From: Christensenellales bacterium
GTDB taxonomy: Bacteria; Bacillota; Clostridia; Christensenellales; DTU072
Direction of reading: 5' to 3'
Assembly: GCA_050309775.1 (NCBI GenBank)
Contig: JBNRMV010000005.1
Coordinates: 86,292 to 150,291, forward strand
Length of the DNA stretch: 64,000 bases
In this document: positions 7,962-16,900 of the stretch, in pieces
Position numbering within the stretch: position 1 is the first letter of the stretch
Layout: each line of letters starts with the position of its first letter
The notes under the pieces: model-generated
The model's database searches: none
The model's input: the letters and a program-made list of their open reading frames with translations, nothing else
Told to the model about the DNA's origin: nothing
Made by a program: the position numbers and the translations under genes

Positions 7962-10900
7962 TTATTCTACTCTGAGATACTCCACTTCCAGATTTGCGTT
8001 GAGTACATTTATGCCTGCATACATATACGAGCTCAGGAACCTTATGTCATAGATGCCGTCATATCTTAGGTCTGTGCTTGAGCCGCCGCCTGTGCTCCAG
8101 TTCGACAAATTGTTGACTACCGGCAAGTATGCCGTACCCACGCTTGTTCCGTCAATTTTTATGGTGACGAGATAAACCTGCATATCCGCAGTGTCGTATG
8201 CAAAATAAGGTACGACTTCGCCGTTTGCCAAATCTTGCTGATAATTGCGTATCATTATTTCTCTGGAAACGTATACTTCAAGCGTATGTTCGGCGCCGTC
8301 CATCAAGTTCGGACCTAAGTTGGGTATGCCGTCTATCGGTGAGGTCGCATACAGGTACTGGTTGGTATACTGCGCGCCGCACTTGTAGATAGCAAAGTAA
8401 AGCACATGGGCATCTAAGAAGAACTCAGGATAGTACATCTTTTGGTATCCGATAAAGAAGCCTCTGTTATCACCTGCGACGGTATTGGCGAAAGTCGGTT
8501 TGTTGGAACCAATCAGCATTCTGAAGTAATCAGCATTTATGTAGTTCGGGTCGTCATATGTCGCCTTGAACTTCATTGTATATGTGTCATAATTTGCAAC
8601 CAGCGGCGCTCCCGAGCCGTTGTCCAAGAAAATTTGGTTGCCCGTTGTGAATGCAGTTATGTCGATGTTTGCTTTCAGTTCGCCAGTTGCAAGGTCATAA
8701 TAGTTTCTGTTGCGTATCTGTTTTGTGCCTGTTTCCATTTGGTAAATTCTGCCGCGGGTGTTGGAAAGCACAATGGACGAAGTTGAGGCGGTATTGGTGA
8801 TTATGTTCATAATCTGGTTGGCAGTCAGCGCGAGTCCGATTGTTTGGAATCCGTTGCCTATGCGCAGTGAATAAGTTATGCCGTCATTATGTACATAGAT
8901 ATAAATGCAGCCTGTCGTATCGTCAAACGAGGCTTCAACAATTGTTCTTTGTGTTCCGCTCCAAATGATATTTGTATAATCCTGCGAATAATACAGCAGC
9001 CCGTTTATGCGGATAAACACCTTTGTGTAATAAACGCTGCCGTCATAACGGATATATAGTCCGATGCCGTTAAAGAGAGGCGAAGTTATGTTGGGATTGC
9101 GCAAATCGCCGGTCGGGTCGGTTGTTTTGAGTATGATAGCTGCGCTGTACTGATACTGCCATTTGTCGGAGTAGTTGGGGTTGTAGTCTTCCGGCAATTC
9201 AACATTGGGATAATCTCCGCCGGGCAATGTGGCAAAATCCAGTTCAAACACAGACTTGAAATAGCGATAATTCTTCAGGTTTGCCGCAGTAACGGTGGTC
9301 AAAGATGTAGCGGTGATTGTCATGTCATCGCCTTCGGCATAGCTGTACCCATAATATGTCACAGGGTTTGCCATATAGGGTTTTGCGCTTACATATCCGT
9401 TCGAAACAGTTTCGGCTGTGTAGTTTTGGGATATGGATATATGTATTGTAAGCGTATCCATATACACTCCGTCATAGTACAGTTTGGCTTCAAGCACATA
9501 CGCACCAATCGGCAGCATTGCGCTGCTTCCGACCTCAAAGCCGTCAAGGACATATTCAAAGCTAAGTTTGTTCATGTTTATAACGGTTTTGTAAGACGAG
9601 TTGAAGAAAGTATAGCTATCTACCAGCGCTGCAAAGTCCACCTCGCGCGCTTCGGGAACGCTGTAGAATTGTGACAAGTAAGAAGACGATGTCGGCATGA
9701 CTGTCAGCGCCAACGAGCTTTCAATGCCCTGCCTGTATACATTATACCTTGACACCCATGCAAAGCAGTTGTTTGCTTCAAAGCCTGCGGCGGAGTCAAA
9801 ATACGGAGTATAAGACTTACCTATTGCAAAGCTGAAGTAATACACATTGTCAATGACTGCAAGCACTCTGTATCCGCTGGCGTCGCTTTCACGGGTGCCT
9901 AGCTTGTCGATATAGACCGTAATGGAATGTGGTCTGCCGTCAAACAAATCCAGCTCAGCAGGTTTGACTATGCTGTTGCTGAATACCTGCGCTCCGCTTG
10001 CTCTGCCATAGAGCGTCAATACTTCGGTACTGCCGCTGTTGAATCTCATTGCCAGATAATTTTGCGCCGTGCCGTCGCCATTGAGTATCAATTCGAAGTA
10101 ATAAGAGCCTATGCCTGTCTTGGGGGACAAAGTAAAGGTCGTATCAATAATATCAAAGTCATGCATGCCTGCCGTGACTCCGTTGTCATTTGACAAATAA
10201 TAAGTGTAGTTGCCGTTTATTTTTTCGCCCAGCTGTTTTGCGCCGTTTGAGGAAGCAAAGACTCCGCCGTTATTTTCGCCGCCAAATCCAACAGCCTTGC
10301 CCCAAAGCAGTTGGTCATCGCCGTTGTTGAACAGCCTGATGCGGAATGGCTCTGAGGTAATGCTGAATTGCTTGTAGCCAAATATTTCTTCATCAATGGT
10401 AATGATTACAGTTTGGAAAGACGCCGTTGAAAGCATGTCGATAGGCGCGCCCTCATATCTGAATTCGCTGCTATAATCAACCTGCTTGTCATAGTCCGTG
10501 GCTCTTGGTGCTGTGAAGCTCAAATACTCAAATGAGCCGTCAACATAGTTTACTTTTACCATGAATTCGTCATCTTGCGTCAGCATAATATTGGGCAGTT
10601 CGTTGTTGTCGCCTATGCTTGTGATATACCTGTATATATTCAATTTGCTACCGACATAAATAAACTCATAATTGTTGCCTACTACGCCCTTGGCGGTAAG
10701 CGATTTGTTCTCGCCCCTGGCAGTGTTGTAATTCAGCGCAATGTTGGATATATCTATATCGCCGCCTATTGCTATTTCGTCGCCGTAAACCAGCTGAGAA
10801 CTGTCATACATAAACCTGAATATCAACCTCTTTTCGTCCTCGTCCAAACCCGATATTATGTCTGCGTGAATAGCGTCAAGCTGCGCCGGGGTGTAATTCT

Positions 10901-13900
10901 GCGCGGCATAGACTGTGTTTATGTTTTCTTCAGTAAAGATTGCTTGATATGCCTGCTCAAACTGTTGTTCTGTCAGTCCGTTGTAAATATTTGTTATGTG
11001 CAGTTCTGTGATGTGTTCTTCAAACACTTGGGTAAGCTCATACGCTTGAAGCAAGTTATACATGCTTTCTATTTGCGCCTCGTCAAACTCGTTGTCCTCT
11101 GCTATCTTTCCGGCAAAGATAAGTATTTGTTCTTTGCTGAAGGTCAACAGCAATATTTCTTCCGTTGAGTATATGGCGTTTATTATTGCAATTTCGTTGT
11201 AGCGCATATTGAGCAGTTCTTCCTTTGTGAAGAAGTGCAGCAATACCTTTTCGTTTGATATCATATAAGGTACTTCGTCCCAAAGGATATTGAATGTGGC
11301 GTTCGGACCTTGCGCTCCCGAATCACGATGTTCCAGCCATATCTCTATGGGGCGCTTTGTGACGATATAATCCGTGGGGTCGTAAATTACATCATAGTTG
11401 GTCAGATATGCCGCCAGCGCAGTTGTCGGAGAGAACTCGTACCAATTGCCGTTTGTCGCCTGTCTGCTTATTGTGCCTCTGTACGACATATCAGGGGTCA
11501 ATGGGTTGGGCAACACGCCTTCGTCATAGTTTACGGGCAATCTGAAGTTTGTTCCCAAAATATGCATCAAGCTGCGACCGCTCATATCTATTGAGCCGGA
11601 GACTGCGTCAAATGTCACAGTTTCGCCGTTTATGACCATAGTCGTCTGTTGCAGCGTGTACTGTATGTTCATGACGCTTACCGTCAAATTGTTCTGCCCC
11701 AGTTTGAATCCGTAGTACACATATTTGTACTGCGATTCTGTCGGCGGCGTACCGTATACTGCCGTCAAAGACGGGTCGTTGGTGCCGTCATAATCAGGGT
11801 GTGCAACCTTAATAATAAGCGGAGCTTTCTTGATTTCGAGTTTTGGCTGAATGCCAAAGAACGCGTCGTATGAGAAATAATAGTTTGCGTTGCTTCCCTC
11901 GTCCAAAAAGTCGATTTCTATGGCGTTTTCGAGGATTATTCCGGCATCTCTGGCTATATCGTCGCCTATTCCCGGCACAAAGCTGACATTCGGGCGGTCA
12001 AATTCAGCAGAGGTTGTCAGTCCGATATCTCTGTCCCAACTCATCAGTCCCTTGCCGTCGCCGGTATTTTCGAGATACACAAAGTTTATTTTGTCAAGTT
12101 CGTCGCCATACACTCTGGTGACAACAAAATAGTCGCCTCTGTCTTCGACATATCTTACGGGCAATTCTCTTCTTTCAATAATCAGATTACCTCTTGACGC
12201 TTCGGCATTGTGGTACAAAATATAGTTGCCTATGGGTATGCCGCCGTTGTCATCATCATGTATGTCATACCTGCCTACGGGGGTCATGTAGTCTACGATG
12301 ATTTCTCCGTCCATGGCATATGGGCTGAACCTTGTGCTGGGGAAAAGCCCTGTTTCGGCATCAAACAAGTTAGGATACTCCGCAGCCTCAATGACTTTCT
12401 CAAGTTCCAACGGTTGTAACGCAAAATTGTATTGCGATGTTGTTATGTTCTCGCCGTATGTCTTATATGTTTCGTCAAAGTGGTAATTTATTACTTGCCG
12501 CCTGATTGAGAAACGGTATGTGCCTTGCATTACTTGTATGGCAAAGTTTGCGTTGTCAATATGGTTGGTTATGTTGGAAGTTCTGACGGCAGAATATGTT
12601 TCTGCGGCTCTTATGCTGGATATTTCAAGTTCCAGCACGCCTGCTATGAGGTCTTTCAGCAAAATCGTATCTTGCTCGTTCAGCCTATGCTTGCGTTTTA
12701 CTTCTTCGCCATGCTCCAGCATTCCGCCCAGCGGCTCATTCATATAATCATAAAAATCGGGGTCGTTTGCTTTGGCGTCGACAATTTCAAAACCTCTTGC
12801 AAACTTGTTTGTGCCGTCTATAAGCTGGGCGCCATTGAGACCGTTGTAATACTTCCAGTTGTAGCCTTCCAGGTCATTGGTTTCTATCATAGTAAGCGCA
12901 ACTTGCCGTTTTTCTATTTTGTAATCCAAATTGGTCAGCAAATCTATGCTTTGGAACCTGTGATTGTAATCTAAATAGTCCTCATAGCCCGGTCTGAATT
13001 GCGCATCACCGCGTGGGAACTTGAACTTTGCGGTGAACTTATAGCTGCCTGCGTTAATCGCCTCTTCTCCGAAGTCCAGCTCAACGACAAGTCCGCTTCT
13101 TTCTTCTTCGGTATAATCTCCGGCATAGCCGCCAAAGTTAAAGAACTCGCTGGTAATCTCAGGAACCAACCCGTCATATTGCTTTATTGTTTTGCCGCCA
13201 AAGTCACAAGAGTAGAGCGTTTTTACTTTTATTGTGTAGTCATAATTCGTGGAAGGCGACAGTCTGAGCTTGAAGTTCATATTTGTCGTTCTGGGAATAA
13301 TGGTAAATGTTCCGCTGTCAGCGTCAGTAATATGTCCTTCCATGAATTCAGGATAATCGTCATTGCGTACATATTCAAAGAAAACTTCCTGTTCCTTGTC
13401 TATCTGCGGTGAGGACAAGCCGAATGTCGTCACCTGCGGCGGTTTGCCGTCATATTCTTTTATGACGCTGCCTGTCTGCAAAATGATATCTAAGACCTTG
13501 GGCGTTACTTTGAAGCGGTAATTCTCGTCTACTATTTCCTCTCCGTCAAGTTCAAGGGGGTTGCCGGCGCTATCCACAAGCACAGCCGTATAGTTCCTGT
13601 TGCCGGTGACAACTTTTATGTTGTAGCTGTCCAGAATATATTCGCCGAATTCGTCGGTAAGCGGATTGCCCTCTTCGTCTGTCTTATATAGCACGCTGCG
13701 CGGCAGTCTTTCTTGCTGCTGTGCGTTTATGTAATAAGGATAAACGCTCAATCCGTGAGGTACAAAATTGATTTGCGTCAACAGCTGATAATCCAAACTC
13801 TTGTAATAACCGTCAATTTTGGTTAGCGAGTTGTTGAATGAAAGGTCGCCACCGGTATACGGTTTTTCGTAGGTATTGATTTTTACTTTTATTATAGCAG

Positions 13901-16900
13901 GGATTATGGTGAATTGCGTTTCTCTGTAATCCGGTTCGTCGGGCAGCGGTGTGCGTAATTTGTAGTTGGGATTGGTCAAGCTCATAACCTTGACGGAGTA
14001 TCTGCCAACATTCGTAACGCTGGTTCTGTCAAGATAAATGGGCGTCGACGAACCCTCTAGGAGTTCGGCGGTATAAATGACAACGCTGACTGTGTCGCCC
14101 GACGCAATCTGGTCAACAGGCACCCTGGCCTCATAATTGTAAGGTGAACCCTTATATACGCTTCCGGTATATTGTCCGTTCTCAAGGATACCGTAAGGAA
14201 TGTTGTAGAATTGCGTCGATACTTCTTTCTGCGTAATAGTAAACCTGTACCCCTCGGCGGCAAGGAAGCTCAGCGTATGGTTGGGGTCATTGTTGGTGAA
14301 TCCGATGCTGTATATGCCGACATTGCTGCTGGGGTTAATGAAAGTTATGATTATGTTATTCTTTATGTCGCCATGAGCGTTATGCAATGTTATGTCGTCG
14401 TCAGTGACAGCAGGCAACAGCCCGTTGTATTGCCTTGACAGTCCACTAAGTTCTATTTTTGCATCGCGTTTTGTTATGGTAAAGACATTTGAAGTATATA
14501 TTATGTCATAGTTTGCGTTGTTTTCGTTGGTCAGCGTGCCTTGATTTATGGTATAAGTCGACGCATTTTCGCCGCTTTCTCTGATTAAAACGCCGTTCAG
14601 GGTGTCAGAGGCATAAAGCCCGCTCCTTATGTCGCCCACAACCGTAGACGCAACATAGGTCAGCGCAGGGTCGCCGGCTGTGCCGTAGATTTTTTGTTTC
14701 TCGTCGGCGGTAACGCTTACTTTGCGGCGGTTTATGGTGATTGTGCCGCTGCGATATTCAATGTCATAATTCGACGATACATAGCCTTGCGGCATTATGG
14801 TATATGTTCCCACGCCTGTGGCGGAACTGACGGCGTTGCCCTCATTGTCCACGCATACGAAAGACAAACTGCCGCCCAATGACAATATCGAATCGGTATA
14901 AGCAAAAGGCGTTTCTCTTTCGGAAGACGGAGTCACCTCAAAAATAGGCAGCGTTTCACCGTATATCTTTGTGTAGTTCTTTGCGGTGATAATAAGTTTT
15001 CTTGGTACTATTGTCAGCCTACTGGAAACATAAGTAATGTTGTAGTTATCGTTGCGCAAACTGCCCAGCAATATATCATAGCTACCGACTCCGTTGCTGG
15101 TACTTGCATTTGAGCGCAGCAAATAGCCGCTGAAGCTGTCGCCTTGAATAAGTCCGCTCTTGTCATTGCCCATGACTGCCGCCGTAGTAAAAGTAAATGC
15201 AGGGTCCGGCTGTCCGTACTCTTTGGATTGGCTGTCGGCCATAATGACAATATCCCGTTTTGTGATGATATATTCGGCTTCGCCGAATGTCACGGCATAA
15301 TTGCGGTGAGGCGCCACGCTGACATTTATTTCATAAGTGCGCGCAGGCGCTCTTTTCCAGTCTGATATGCCTCCGCTGTCGGGGAATAAATATTCTATGG
15401 GTCCAAGCGTTGCAGCGGTATCGTCGTATCCAAAGACATTGTCGGTGTGCAATATAATTTCTGTGCCGCCGCCGCTTATTTCTCTGTATTCTACAGCGCT
15501 TATGATTGAGGTAAAAGTCGGGTGGTTTTCGCCGTACACCTTAGTTACGGAGTTCGGCGCAATATGAATGTTCTTCGGACGAATGACAACAGTTCTTTCG
15601 TCATGAATAAATGAGTTGTGAATTCTATCGTTGTTAACAGGAGAATCGGCATCATAAACTATTACTATTTTGTAAGTACCGGCATCTCTCGGCCATTCGG
15701 AAAACTCCTCGCCCGTCTGTTCATTTATGTATTTGAAAGTATAATTTATGCCCTGCACAAGCGGCATTTCCGCAAGCATATCGCTTTGCGGCATATCCGT
15801 ATGGTAGGAATAACCCAATATCTGATAGGATATTGTCTTATGTTCTCCATACCAGAAATAATAGGTCCGCAAATCTGCGTTGTACTCCTCTCTGTCGGCA
15901 AATACCACCTCTGCATACATTCTGTCATGCATAATGATGTCATAACTGGTCTCTCTGATAATATCGCCGTCTTTGTAGGTTATGAATATCTGCTGTTTTC
16001 TTGAAAAGCCCGAAAAGTCGGAATTGTCAAATTGTCCATAGTTCAGAATATAGTGGTCGGTCGGCAGTATGTTAGCCGCTGAACGCACCCTCTTTGCTTC
16101 GGAAAGCGGCAACACCAAAGTTGTGTTATTGTTGTAATAAAGGATAATCGTGCCGTTTGTATAATCGTATTGGTCAAGTTCGACATACTTTGTTTTGGGA
16201 ATCAAGCCCATGCCTATGCTATCAAGCTGTTTTTTCTTGACAGTCAAATCAAAGTTCAACTCCCTGGTTTCCGTCCTGCTTCCGGTGTAAGAGAAAGTAA
16301 TAATAACCGGGCGCAGTCCAAGTCTGCCGTCGGCTTTGTTGTAATCAGTCATACCCGAGGCCAACGAAACAATGGTGGGCGGCAAAATGATATCATCGCC
16401 CGGGTCGGGAGTTCCCATATCGTGATAATAAGTCACTATGATTTTTGCTTGGCGCAAATCCAGCGGCATGCCTTCGGTGACATCTGGCACGGCAAAGTCC
16501 GGCGCAAGTTCAATAGAGTACAAATCTTTCGGACTGACGGTGACCACTGCATTGAAATAAATATCCTGGTACCGCAAGACTATGACCTGCGTATCTTTCA
16601 GATTATGGTTAAAATTCGATATCGTCAAATTGTCGATTTCGTCGGCAACAGTCTTTATTTCGCTGAATTCGCCGTCGTTGTAGATGACCTTGAACGACGC
16701 TCCGGGCGCAAAGTTTATGTTGTTCAGACCTTGCAGCGCCGTAATGGCAGGTTGAGGTGTTTCGGGCTGACCCTCATCGGAAATGTCCCAAGTTACGGAA
16801 GTGGCAATCTTATACGCTACGACAATGTCAAAGCTGACTTCAAAAGATTCGATAGCAATGATTATCGTTCTGACCGCCGTTTCTGCGCCGCTTTCAAGTT

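Noticed and set aside
7962-10350. Diversity-generating retroelement targeting the C-terminal lectin-like modules
   Set aside because: The window has no reverse transcriptase and no template-repeat copy of the 3' end that I could spot. The three modules differ throughout, not only at adenine-encoded positions.
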